From contig NC_090348.1 of the NCBI RefSeq assembly GCF_035084215.1, positions 35,836,001 through 35,900,000 of the forward strand: DNA of 64,000 nucleotides. Direction: 5' to 3'. A program made the translations under genes and the position numbers. A model generated the notes under the pieces. It was given only the letters and a program-made list of their open reading frames with translations. It made no database searches and had not been told where the DNA came from. Below, piece by piece: positions 12,863 to 27,085 of this stretch. This stretch comes from Heptranchias perlo. Taxonomy: Eukaryota. The stretch's first letter is position 1; the number at the start of each line of letters is the position of its first letter.

Positions 12863-13709
12863 CTCACATCAAATATTAAAGACAACGCCAGTTTGTTAAA
12901 ATGTGCAATGAAATAAGGTTAAAGCTTGTAATGAAATAATCATGTTTTGTATAACTTTACAATGATACTTTCTTGGACTGTGTTCTGAATAAATGACAAT
13001 CCCTGTTATTTGTTGTAAGGTCAACTGTTGACAGCAGTTTAATTAACAAATCATGCCTCCCATTTGAAAACAGCAGAGATTTGAGACAAAACAGATTTTT
13101 AAAAAAACTGTTGGCTTTGGTCGAGTAGTTAGAAAATTAAATCTTAGCCTCTGACTCCTCTACAACAAGCGTAATGAACACTTTAATTTTCTGCATGGTT
13201 TTTGTTTCATCTCGCCTATAAAACATGGAAATTCTGATATATGTAGGAGGTGGACAGAACGGTGTCCTTTGGAGTACTATCTATATGCTAGATGCAGAAT
13301 GTGCGCAAGTGTCTTTACTGGCACTGACTTCTGAAGAACCGCTTCTATCGAAAGATTTTCGAAAAATAACTTTTAAGTAAAACTCCTATTTCCAGCCTCA
13401 ATGCTTTAATATATATTGTAGTTATAATTCTAACTACGGTAAACAAATTGCAATCACTAACATATTTATGAATGATCACAAAATGTAGTTTGTATTCTCT
13501 TGATTACAGTACTCTGAATTTATTCTGTTTATCTGTTAAAAAGAATCAGTCTCAATGTCTTTCGTAGACAGGAATGTTTTTCAAAACAGTGAATAACTAA
13601 TACCTCTCTTTAGTGTGGAATTCAATCTTAAAAGAACAACGGTACTGTTTGTTCGAGCAACATCACATTCGGTATATTTTCCATTTTCTCCCCTCCTTTT
13701 GCTCAAGTC

Positions 13710-14055
13710 AAACAGAAGGGTTCTAGATTGGATCCCCTGTCTATGCTGGGTCAGCTGATCTCAGCCATTGAAGCAGCTGGGGTATCTTAGCACTTCAGGG
13801 GGGAGGAGGAAAGAGAATCGGTCATTGTTTCTGCAGGTAACTGCCACCCAGTGCCCCCTATTGGAAAGTGCATGTGTATGGAATTAGGGTGAGCAGAGAA
13901 TCAGCTTTGGCTGTCATGCAACTGGAAGAGCCTACTGACACATTCAATGCACCTCACAAGCGGAGGGCGGCCACTTGGACAAAGAACCAGAAGGCAGCCA
14001 GCACCCTGGGAACCGTACCCAAGCAAGAGTTGGTGCATTTGTGAGGAGAGAAAAT
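13710..14055 (+). mobile_element. Ancient tRNA-derived SINE (family shared with ~45640 and ~48290)
   Basis: Motifs gctgggtcagctgatctcagcc, ggccacttgg and ggaaccgtaccc recur at 48290-48610. Confidence 0.55.
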
Positions 14056-15765
14056 TGATTTTAAAAAAAGAGAAAATTAAGTTCACTTGATGCAAATATA
14101 ATCTCAAGAGACATTCCACTGAGCAATCAGTCTAAACCATTGTCCCAATTATCAAATCAGAGTGTTTATGCGGAGTTACTCTAAAAACATCATTATGGGT
14201 TTTGGCAGAAGCTGTGTTAAGGAATGAAACTTGCAGGTTAACTGGGGAGATGTTTGTTTTTTTTAAAATATAAATTTTGATTTTAAAAAAAGTGAAAGAT
14301 GTGAATTTCTCAGAAATTAAAGCTTCCAAAATACAGAGAAATCTATTTTATATCTTAACGATTCCGGGATTCCCTCAGGTGAAATGTAGTCCCCGGTTTT
14401 CTCAGATTAGGTATTCTTTATTCATCTCCATGTATGATTTATGGTCCTGACCACCGTGGAGCTATCAACGCCCTTGCCTAAAGGCAGCCATGCGCCTCTC
14501 TGTTACAGAAGTGCTCTGGGTAGTTAGAAATTCAGATTACATTTTCAAATGAAATCCCATCACTGCAAGACACAGTGAAGTGGGTAGGATTTAAGTAGGC
14601 AAGTAACCAAGTATAATGCCGCACAGTCTCATTTGATAAACAACGGTACCCGTCTGAATTCGTGACTGGTCTATTTTATGATAACTTATGAAGCTTGTTT
14701 CAGCTTCAAATGTCCCTTCTTGCAATACCTCCAAATACAACTTTGGAACTAAAAGAACTGTTGCAAAACACTTCAAAATATTAACGCTGCTTATCTCCAC
14801 AATCTTCTATATGTATGATCACACTTAAGACTACAAACTGAGTAAGTAATTCATTAAGACAAACAACTTCAGATCATGTTGTGGGGTTTTTTGGGGAAGC
14901 AGCAGGTATAAAACGTTCAGCGGATACAGATATTACTCACTTTTCCTGTGTTTGTTCATAACATTGTAGTTACTGTGGTCAAACCAATAGACACGTAGTA
15001 AGCGCAGTAGCATAACGCTAAAATTACAGCGACTAATCTAGATACTTAATCTCTCCGTGCGCATGACTTGCTTGTTGATTGTCAACCAGCTTTGTGTTTT
15101 GTTTTTTCATTAGGCTGTAAGACATTATAGATCACAGCTCTCGTCTCCAGCCCCAAGCTAATATTTAAACCCAAATGCACGGTAACAACAGGGCTATTTC
15201 TGAAACTATCTCGAGACAACCCGTAATACAGTAGGACCAATATTAACTAACATTCTGCAGTGATATTCACATCATATTGAAACTCTTGCACGTCCAATAG
15301 CGAGGTGAATGCAAAACCAATTACATCTACAATTCTATCGAACAAGTTAACAATATGTCCCAGTGCAATAACTCTAGGATGCAAACCCCTTATTGTTCTG
15401 CAGTTCTGGAACAATCCTAAGGTCGTTTAAATGGCAGTAACCATTAGGCAAAATGGAAAGCCAAACTTTATATATTTTTTTTAAATCACAATTTCTGATG
15501 CATATTTCCTGAGAGATAGTGAGGTATAACTCACATTGTTACTGCTGCACGTTTTACACAGAGTAACACGTTAGTCCAATCAAACATTGACAGCTGGGTA
15601 TTAATCACATTTTCATTTCGCTACATATAGAGGACTGAGGTGGACAAATAAAAAATGTCACATTTATACAATGCAGATTTTTTTTCTAATCTGATATAAA
15701 AATTACACGATGAAACTATTGAGTGCTGCTTTATCCCTAATCTGCAGCCTTCTCTGCGGTACTTA

Positions 15766-16560
<795 letters not shown>

Positions 16561-17074
16561 CAGTCACTTAGCCCACGACAAGGCTCTGACTTTATAACAG
16601 TATTTTTTTTTAAACGTCTAAACTCTTATTGAAGTTCAAATATATTGCGGTTTTTTTTTTGTTCAGTTTCCGGAGTCAGCAAGAACTTTTAGATTTTTTA
16701 CTTCTTAAACAGTTTTTTTTATTAACCGCCCCCATTTATGCCTTTTCGTAATCAATGGGTTTTTTTCCCCCTAGCCTTTACTGGCTTCAATACTTTGAAT
16801 GATCTGACCTTTAATGAAACCACAACACAACAGGCGGAAGAGCCATACTTGAATTGTACCCACACTAAATTATAATGCAAGATTCAAGTGTCTAAACGCA
16901 CTTTTACTAGAGGAAAAAAACTTCAGAAATACTGATAAATATTAGTCCTTCAAAATGAAATACATAAGTAAGCTATTTGACTTGGACAATGAATAAAGCT
17001 CCAGAGGACACAAGTACAACATTCACAAGTCTCAAACATGGATAGCTATTAGAAGTAAAAAAAAATCCCCACAG

Positions 17075-18697
17075 GCTGCTAAACCTTTATAAAACACTGA
17101 TTAGGCTTCAGCTGGAGTATTGTATTCAATTCTGGGCACCACACTTCAGGAAGAATGTCAAAGCCTTAGAGAGGGTACAGAAGAGGCCAACCATCTCAGC
17201 CCCAGGACATTGCTGCAGGAGTTCCTCAGGGCAGTGTCCTAGGCCCAACCATCTTCAGCTGCTTCATCAATGACCTTTCCTCCATCATAAGGTCAGAAAT
17301 TGGGGTGTTTGCTGATGATTGCACAGTGTTCAGTTCCATTCACAATCCCTCAGATAATGGAGCAGTCTGTGCCCACATGCAGCAAGACCTGGACAACATC
17401 CAGGCTTGGGCTGATAAGTGGCAAGTAACATTTACACCAGACAAGTGCCAGGCAATGACCATCTCCAACAAGAGAGAGTCTAACCACCGCCCCTTGACAT
17501 TCAATGGCATTGCCATCGCCGAATCCCCCACCATCAACATCCTGGGGGTCACCATTGACCAGAAACTTAACTGGACCAGCCGCATAAATATTGTGGCTAC
17601 AAGAACAGGTCAGAGACTGGGTATTCTGCGGCGAGTGACTCACCTCCTGACTCCCCAAAGCTTTTCCACCATCTACAAGGCACAAGTTAGGTGTGTGATG
17701 GAATACTCTACACTTGAATGGATGAGTGCAGCTCCAACACCATGCAAGAAGCTCAACACCATCTAGGACAAAGCAGCCCTCTTGACTGGCACCCCATCCA
17801 CCACCTTAAACATTCACTCCCTCCACCACCGGCACACAGTGGCTACAGTGTGTATCATCTACAAGATGCACTGCAGCAACTCACTAAGGCTTCTTTGACA
17901 GCACCTCCCAAACCTGCGACCTCCACCACCTAGAAGGACAAGGGCAGCAGGCACATGGGAACACCACCTGCACATACCCCTCCTAGTCACACACCATCCT
18001 GACTTGGAAATATATCACTGTTCCTTCATAATCAATGGGTCAAAATCCTGGAACTCCCTACCTAACAGCACTGTGGGAGAACCTTCACCGCACGGACTGC
18101 AGTGGGTTCAAGAAGGCGGCTCACCACCACCTTCTCAAGGGCAATTAGGGATGGGCAATAAATGCTGGCCCACATCCCATGAATGAATAAAAAAAAGATT
18201 TACTGGAATGGTACGAAGGATGAGGGACTTCAGTTATGTGGAGAGACAGGAGAAGCTGGGGTTGTTCTCCTTAGAGCAGGGACGGTGAAGAGAAGATGTG
18301 ATAGAGATGTTCAAAATCATGAAGGGTTTAAATAAACTAAATAAGGAGAAACTGTTTCCAGTGGCAGAAGGGTCGGTAACCAGAGGACGCAGATTTAAGG
18401 TGATCAGCAAAAGAACCAGAGGCGACATAAGGAAACATTTTTTATGCAGTGAGTTGTTATGATCTGAAATGCACTGCCTGAAAGGGTGGAGGAAGCAGAT
18501 TCAATAGTAACTTTCAAAAAGGGAATTGGATAAATACTTGAAGGGAGAAAATTTACAGGGCTATGGGGAAAGAGCAGGGGGTGGGGTGGGGGGGGGGGGT
18601 GGTGGTGAGACTAATTGGATAGCTCTTTCAAAGAGCCAGCACAGGCACGATGGACTGAATGGCCACCTTCTGTGCTGTACCATACTATGATACCATG
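17075..18697 (+). mobile_element. CR1 3' fragment interrupted by a nested family A LINE
   Basis: CR1 ...gagagggtacagaagag resumes as gatttactggaatg at 18197; terminal ctatgataccatg. Confidence 0.88.
17186..18196 (+). mobile_element. 5'-truncated CR1-group LINE (family A) nested in CR1
   Basis: GVPQGSVLGP, FADD and WADKWQVTF, then an A tail at 18189-18196. Confidence 0.93.
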
Positions 18698-20509
18698 ATG
18701 GGATAATCAACATGTTGGAACAGACTTCCAGAGCAGGTAGTGATTTTAAGTCTATTGACACCTTTAAGTAGAGAAATTAATAACATTGCTTATTTTTCTT
18801 TCCAGAGGAAGGAAAGCAGTGATCAAGAGTGGACTCTGAATGGAGCCAGTTTGATGGGCCAATGGTCACTTCCAGGTCCAGATTTCACACTTTTGAAGGA
18901 CAATTTTATGTCAGATAGCAGAAAGTATTTCTTTATTAAGGGTGATCGAAGAAATAACAAATTGCTCTCATGGGAAAACAGGAGGGTGGCTATTCTGGAA
19001 ATATGAGATCAAATTGGTCAAAAGGCCTTCAGCTGAAACAATGAGAACAAATTATACTAACATTGGGGCCAATTCTGGTGTAGTTTACAGTTTTTGTTGT
19101 GCTACTGCTCAGGATGGCACAACACAGTGCACCATGAGCAGATGGCTGCACTTCCTCATATGGTTTTTAAATCTTAGCTGGGTTGTTATAAGGGAGAGCA
19201 CAAGTGAAGGTTAGATGTTTCCTGCAGGCCGGAAACACTGAGGCAAGTTATCTTTCTGTTCACCTCCTAGTGGTCAATTACCAAGTGGTCGAGAAGCAAG
19301 TTGTTGCAGAAAATAGAGTCGGTACAGGAAACCTAAAGAAAAGGAAACATTTTGCTTGCATTAAGTCAAATCATATTTTAGAAGGACAGGACCATTATAT
19401 CGTACCATGGAGTGCATCCAACCTTTATTTTGTTGTATGTTCCTAAACCACTATTGGCTATGCCACTGATTTGCTGCTTTTACAGAAAAAAAGACAGAAT
19501 ACTTATGTCCAGAACAGTACAGGTGCTGAAACTCACTGTAAAAACAATAGAATTTGATTTGATTCAGTCAGTGGCCTTGACTACCTAATACAAACTTCAG
19601 ATGATATGAATGAGAAAAGTGCATTCTGCCCACTCAATTCACCCGGCAAGAAGCTGAAAAGGTATGATTAAACATGAGGTTTTAAAAAACAATTCCACAG
19701 CCTGCATAACAATGTCTCCTCCATGTGGTTTCACACCACCTACCTAAATTTAATTCAGGAAACTTCATACCAATGTAACACTAGACAGTGTAGATGCTGA
19801 ATGTGTAATATAACTGGCCTATAAATTACATTAAACTGAGGATTCCTTGGATTATAGTTATGTCTTCTTCCCTTGTACTGGCTTAGTACAAAGAACTTCT
19901 CTACATCCATCACTTTAGTGACCTTGGATCATGATCCCCTTTCCTACCTCCCCAAATAGATGTAGCTTCCGTAATCAATCTTTGTTGTCTATTGAAGCAC
20001 CAAAAAATGATGAAAACATTTCCACTTAAAAATAAAATAAATTTAGTCCAGTGTTATTTTGATAAGTTTTCACCTTTTGAGATGTATAACATTCTCGGTC
20101 ATACTTTTGTAATCCCAGTACCAATAGTTTACCACAATACTTACAAATTATTCAAATGAATCACAAACATATTTAACACTATGTAACTGAAGATTAAGTA
20201 TTGTATGTACTGAACATGGATCACAACAATGGGTTACCGATACAAATTGCAAATCATGACATGTAGACAACCTGCTCCACAGTAAGGTCATCAAGCTCCC
20301 CTGTTCTCAGAGATGAACTAAGGTTATGGGGTTAATTGTGAACTGCCAGAATCTCTCATACCTCTTTCCACTCAGCGGAAACAGGTACTATAATGCAGTT
20401 AAAGAAACATGAAAACTGTGTATTTATTCCATACTTTTTAAAAAGTAAAATATATAAAAAGGATGAAAAATTGATATTTTGGATCGGAGCGAGTCAGATA
20501 AAGTATGTA

Positions 20510-20708
20510 AAGAAAGAACTTGCATTTATTTAATACCTTTCATGACCTCAGGACATCCCAAGTGCTTTACAGCCAATGAAGTACCTTTTGAACACGGTTA
20601 TAATGTAGGAAACACGGCAGCCAATTTTGTGCACAAACGGCAATGTGATAATGACCAGATAATGTTTTAGTGATGTTGGTTGAGGAATAAATGTTAGCCA
20701 GGACAACA
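20510..20708 (-). mobile_element. Shark SINE 3' fragment
   Basis: Reverse complement of the 9590 SINE tail. Confidence 0.7.
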
Positions 20709-21616
20709 TTTAATATATTTTAAAAATACATTGCAAAACAATTTTATAAAAATTAGATAATTCCATTTTTCCCTTTCGTTCAGATATACATACATTATTT
20801 TGTCACACGACGGTGAGTGAAAACCAATCTAAAAATGGAACATTTCTCATTTTTGAACTCTGTCAGCATTAATCCTTTTTTTAGGATAGACATAACTTGG
20901 GCTAGATGTAGGTTAAAGCTGTGCATACACTGTCCCAATAATTCATCTTAACTCCAACCTCAAAAGTATTTGTGCTACATTAGGCTGACAACATAATTTC
21001 TCACACCTGCCATCCTTATGGCCTCTCTACTGGAGATGGCCAATTATAGCCAAATTATAGGCAGTTTTGTGCAGTGGAATCATGCATGTTGTGAACAGAG
21101 AGAGGTGTTGTACATTTGCTCTTCAATAATAGATCAATTTCTCTTCATTACTGACTGCCTGCTTACCTGTATAGGTGCACATGGTAAAGCAACCCCAGCT
21201 GTTTAAGAAGAAATTAAGAAAAACACCTTGTAAGCCTTACTTTAAAAAATATATATGCATACAACCCCCTGTTTAGGATTTATATCTGAAAGAATAAAAG
21301 CAGGATTTTTTTTCAGGTGTATGAGAGAGAACAGTTCAAGGAAATTTAACAGATTCAAGGAAATAATATCTAGCAATTATAGGTAATGCCCCTCCTCTTC
21401 GCCCCTCCAAGCATAAATGGTCACAGTCAGTTGGAAAGAAATGTTAAAAAGTGATATTTCCAATTCAGCTCAATTAAAATACTGCTGATCCATGATGATT
21501 TGTTTGAAATCTGATTTTGCCACAAACTTGTACAACATTTCGCAAATGTCATCAATTCCAAGTCAGTTGTTTTGTCGTACCGAAAGTCAATAACGCACAT
21601 TTGGAGCCTATCCTGG

Positions 21617-22326
21617 TTTGTATTGCTGCAGTTATATAAGGTATTGGTGAGACCGCACCTGGAATACTGCATACAGTTTTGGTCTCCATACTTAAGAAAA
21701 GACATACTTGCTCTCGAGGCAGTACAAAGAAGGTTCACTCGGTTAATCCCGGGGATGAGGGGGCGGACATATGAGGAGAGGTTGAGTAGATTGGGACTCT
21801 ACTCATTGGAGTTCAGAAGAATGAGAGGTGATCTTATTGAAACATATAAGATTGTGAAGGGTCTTGATCGGGTGGATGCAGTAAGGATGTTCCCAAAGAT
21901 GGGTGAAACTAGAACTAGGGGGCATAATCTTAGAATAAGGGGCTGCTCTTTCAAAACTGAGATGAGGAGAAACTTCTTCACTCAGAGGGTGGTAGGTCTG
22001 TGGAATTTGCTGCCCCAGGAAGCTGTGGAAGCTACATCATTAGATAAATTTAAAACAGAAATAGACAGTTTCCTAGAAGTAAAGGGAATTAGGGGTTATG
22101 GGGAGCGGGCAGGAAATTGGACATGAAGCTGAGTTCGGATCGGTCAATGCCCTGTGGGTGGCGGAGAGGGCCCAGGGGCTATGTGGCCGGGTCCTGCTCC
22201 GACTTCTTGTGTTCTTTAGATTTGTGGTTGGGATCAGATCAGCCATGATCTTATTGAATGGCGGAGCAGGCTCGAGGGGCCGATTGGCCTACTCCTGCTC
22301 CAATTTCTTATGTTCTTATGTTCTTA
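21617..22326 (+). mobile_element. Young CR1 3' end with intact ORF2 C-terminus and a double 3' tail
   Basis: LYKVLVRPHLEYCIQFWSP...RRMRGDLIETYKI...FFTQRVVGLWN; ends in (ttcttatg)n. Confidence 0.93.
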
Positions 22327-24454
22327 AACCTAAGTCCTTCTTAGCATCATTGCAATATAGATTTGTGATTAGAAGTATAGAATACACAATTTTCATGTTT
22401 CTACAACCTCGATACCCATTTCTACAAAGTATATAAGGTATGAGAGATACTGGTACATTTCCTATGAAATAATTAAAAGCTGCATCTTTTAAGAGAGCCT
22501 TCTTTATTTATCTTTCAAACTAATATACATGCAGTTGCAATTGTATCATTGTGCTGTTTCAATGTTGGTTGCATCTGTTGCCTTTTGAAACTGTTCCCAG
22601 TGGCTATTATAAATAGGCACATTCTGTTTAAAGTGGTTTTAAAATGAAAGTAAAAAACACATTTATCAAAATGTTGATTCAGACAGTATTACTGGAGTGT
22701 GCTCTAGAAAATTGCAGCTTGCCAGAGAGCCAATCAATGGCAAATATTTCAACACTGGTCAGGAAAATGAGGTGAACTCACTGGGTTAACAATTGCAACA
22801 GATGTGGAGAGGCAGAGTGTTAAAATTAAGCCTACAGATTTATAAAAGAGACAGAGATCGCCACTACTTAGTTAATAGAGAACATTGTGATAATAGTTCA
22901 AGCAAAGAAAATGTAAAAGCCCAGAGCTGCTTAGTTTAGAGTCACTTGAGAGCAAATATATCATTTGCAAGAAATATGGAGTCAACCAGCAATAGTATAT
23001 TTAGGGTTTCTAGTTTAGTGTTTAATGATTTATCACTTTCACCAGATAATGCTTTCTTCTTGGTAATTTGATTATTTTTCTATTTAGAATCAAAATCAGC
23101 TTTAAAAACATTAATATTTAAAATGGAGTTTAAAAAGTTTCACTCAATACAGAATTGAACTTATCTTTCAAGTAAAGGGGTTAAAAAAGCATAAATGGCA
23201 AATTTCCCTTATATTGGAGGAAACAACAAACCCAAATCAAGATAGAGGATGTACGTAAATCTGGTACAAAAGTTTCCGTGCAATCTAAATCCACTAACAA
23301 AAGTAAACTGGCCAGAAATGATGCACCTGTAATAAAGATGCTTTGGTATATCTCAGTCTGCTTAATTGTCATTTAATTGTATAAATGACAAATATTCTGT
23401 TCACCCAGCTATGGAGTGAACAATGCTTTTTCTTAATGGTAGAATAAGATAGAGAACATTCTAATTTACCCACAATGTCCAAGTCCTTGCAAAAAAAAAG
23501 TCCCAAATCTTCCATGTTCTCAGTAAAGTCTGTTCTCTGCTGTATGGGGGCTCTCATCAAGTTGCATCAATCTTGTGTATACATCATACCTTGGCTATTT
23601 TAATATAGTTGTCAGAATTCAGATTTTCAGGTACAATTTAACACGTTACAGCAAAATTACTTCCATATTCAGCTGTTATTTAGCACACTTGTCTCAAGCT
23701 GTAAAATGTCTACCTGCAATATGTGACACTGATTTATAGATGAAAAACTACATTTAAGTATTTTCATTTCAAAAACATGTTAATGTACAAACAATGTTCT
23801 ATAGCTTTCCACAATTAAACTCCAGTCGTCAGGTTCAGTTTGGTTTGGTTAATAGGAAATTAAAGTACACTAAATAAAGCAAATTACTAAAATTCTTATT
23901 TTTTTTGTCATTGTGCATTTTCAGCATGAGAAGTTTAATATATTGAAAATTTAGATGCATTTTCCTCAGTTTTGACCTGATAGCTCAGCTTATGACCAAA
24001 TTCGCTGACACAACAGTATGACCACAAATAATATTTTTTTAATATACCATAGTGAAAATTATGGAGTGGAATTAATTTTGAGCATCTGTTGGCAGCCAGT
24101 AGGAAAGTGGAGCTCACTTGCTTCTTTTATCAGAAAACAGCCTGCATCCATCTTGAAGTAGCAAGGAGTTCTAAACCCAACACATGACAATGAAATGTTG
24201 AGTGTATTCCAGCACCATAAGCCATTGCCAGGCAGAGTGAAAGAGGGAATACTTTCAAAACTGGATAAACAATGAGGCTGCAGGCCAGGGAATTTAGACA
24301 CATATATACCCTTTTCAAGCAGATATTTTCAATGTTACATCACATTGGAAGAATTAACAGGGCAGTTATTAATGCAGATAAAATGAGTTGAGCTTTAGTC
24401 CAATCCAAGTTTTATCACTGTAATTGATAAGTGTGCTCATGCAAGTTACAAAAG

Positions 24455-25050
24455 GACATATGAAAACAATGGACAGGAAACAACCAGCTGGTCCATCGAG
24501 CCTCTCCCATATGATCATATTGCATCGGGCATCATGATCTCTAACATTCCCCACCCATCAGCACCCCTGTAATCTCTTTGGAGAGGCAAAAAATAATTGA
24601 AGAAAAAGCTGCTAGGCAAAATCAGGGTTAAAAAATAAAAATCATGGGAAATTCTTCTCTGTCCGAGGGTGATCATCAGAGAGAGAATCCAGGAAACCGC
24701 ATGGCCACGAGGCGCATTATCTAACATCCCACTCTTTCGCATGCAGCAATATCAGCTACAGCCAGAAACCTGCCCAGCTCCATTTTGAACACTTGCAGTG
24801 AATCCACTCACTGCACAAGCTGGCAACTTGTTGCAAAGGTCACTGACCCTCTGTGAAAGAAAAACCTCCTGACATCTAACCCAGTTCTTTGCTTATTTAA
24901 TTTAAACGCATGTCCCCTGGTTTTCATTAAACTATCTAGTTCAAATAGTCATTCCATAAGGAGAGAGTCTATTCCCTTCATTATTTTAAATACCTCAATC
25001 AAATCCCCCCCAAAGTCTACACTTTTCAAGGGTAAAAAGACTCAACTCTG
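24455..25050 (-). mobile_element. Degenerate CR1 3' fragment
   Basis: Minus-strand GDLIEVFKI-, TRGH- and QRV-like remnants plus a CR1-type tail. Confidence 0.65.
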
Positions 25051-26184
25051 TATAAATAAACTATTGGCATGTTGGAAGCATTATCTATCTGAGGAACAAA
25101 TTTGAAAACATCTGATAATTAGTTTTAAAAATTGTGAGAATTTCTTCAAAACATAATGAGTGAAGATGGTAATTTTAGCCTCGAGATTATGCTGAGAATA
25201 CTTCACGTGTTCAAATGCAATCCTTTTGCTGTCTTAACAGTGTATGGGAAAAGGATGAGATTCAGTTCGTGTAGGTCACATGTAGGTTATCAGATCATCT
25301 TACTGAAGATCCCCATTAAATTTGTATTTCACACTTTTGAACTTGTGAGCACTGAAATGACAAGAATATTATGTAGGCTGACAGTATTTCCCACTGATCT
25401 GGAGGCAGAAACCTCCATCCCTCCAATGTGGATCAAGGTTCTGCCAAAGATAGCCCAGTTCAAATTATATTGTAAGAACGCTTCATGTGTTCATATGAAA
25501 TTTCTGATTAGTAATAAGGTTACCTCTGAAGCTGAACCAAGAGAAAGCCCTCAAGATCTGGTCACAATTCCTGCCAACAGATACCTACTCAAACATCCTC
25601 CTTCCCCCCACCTCCACTATAAGCATCAAGTAGAAAAAATAACCTCCCAGTCAAAGGAAGTCCACAGATGCTGAGGGGAGGTAAAGAACAGCAATGACTT
25701 GGAAGTTCTCACCTCCTCACTTTAGTAAACATAAACAAAACCTGAAAGGAATGCCCAAAAACCTACTCCAGCCAAAATGCAAAACTGTGCCATATAAAAT
25801 GCATATCAATATCTACTGCACAATATATACAACACAATGGCATGTCCCGACACACTAACTGTACACTTGCAAACAAAAAAGTCAAAAATATTACCCACTG
25901 TTAGTTTACAATATGAAGTATACCAACTTACCATAAAACAGGTTATAAATGTTATTTTCCAGCCTATTTCAAATCCCAAGCCAATAATTTAGAAATGCTG
26001 ATGGTACTTATATGCTAGTGTTACACTATACTCCACAGCTGACACCCTAGAAAAGCTCAAAATATTACATGCATTTCAATTTCCAAGACAGTATGCTAAT
26101 TTGGCACTCTAACTGCTGGCAGGCCAATCCCTGCAGCATTCTGTATCAATCCAAACATCTGCACAGAATACCAGCAGCAACACT

Positions 26185-27085
26185 ATAGTGAACAATGAGG
26201 AGGATAGTGATAGACTTCAAGAGGATATAGAGACAGGCTGGTGGAATGGGCGGACACGTGGCAGATGAAATTTAATGCAGAAAAATGCGAAGTGATACAT
26301 TTCGGTAGGAAGAACGAGAAGAGGCAATATAAACTAGGGGGCACAATTCTAAAAGGGATACAGAAACAGAGAGATCTGGAGGTATACGTACACAAATCAT
26401 TGAAGATGTCAGGGCAGGTTGAGAAAGCAGTTAAGAAAGCATAGAGGATCCTGGGCTTTATAAATAGAGGCATAGAGTACAAAAGTATGGAAGTCACGAT
26501 GAACCTTTATGAAACATTGGTTCGGCCTCAACTGGAGTATTGTGTCCAGTTCTGGGCATCGGACTTTAGGAAAGATGTGAAGGCCTTAGAGAGGGTGCAG
26601 AAGAGATTTACTAGAATGATTCCAGGGAAGAGGGACTTTAGTTACGTCGATAGACTGGAGAAGGTGGGGTTGTTCTCCTTGGAGCAGAGAAGATTGAGAG
26701 GAGATTTGATAGAGGTATTTAAAATCATGAAGGGTCAAGACAGAATAGATAGAGAGAAACTGTTCCCATTGGCAGAAGGGTCAAGAACCAGAGGACATAG
26801 ATTTAAGGTGATTGGCAAAAGAATCAAAGGTGACATGAGGAAAAACTTTTTTTTTTTAAAAAGACAGCATGTGGTTAGGATCTGGAATGGACTGCCCGAG
26901 GGGATGGTGGAGGCAGATTCAATCATGGCCTTCAAAAGGGAACTGGATAAGTACTTGAAAGGAAAAAAATTGCAGGGCTACATGGATAGGGTGGGGGAGT
27001 GGGACTAGCTGGATTGCTCTTACATAAAGCCGGCATGGACTCAACGGACCGAATGGCCGCCTTCTCTGCTGTAACCTCTCTTTAA
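26185..27085 (+). mobile_element. CR1 3' fragment
   Basis: WADTWQMKFNAEKCEVIHFG, RPQLEYCVQFW, RGDLIEVFKI. Confidence 0.93.

Noticed and set aside
25156-25674. 172-aa ORF
   Set aside because: No recognisable domain or exon structure; probably a chance ORF.
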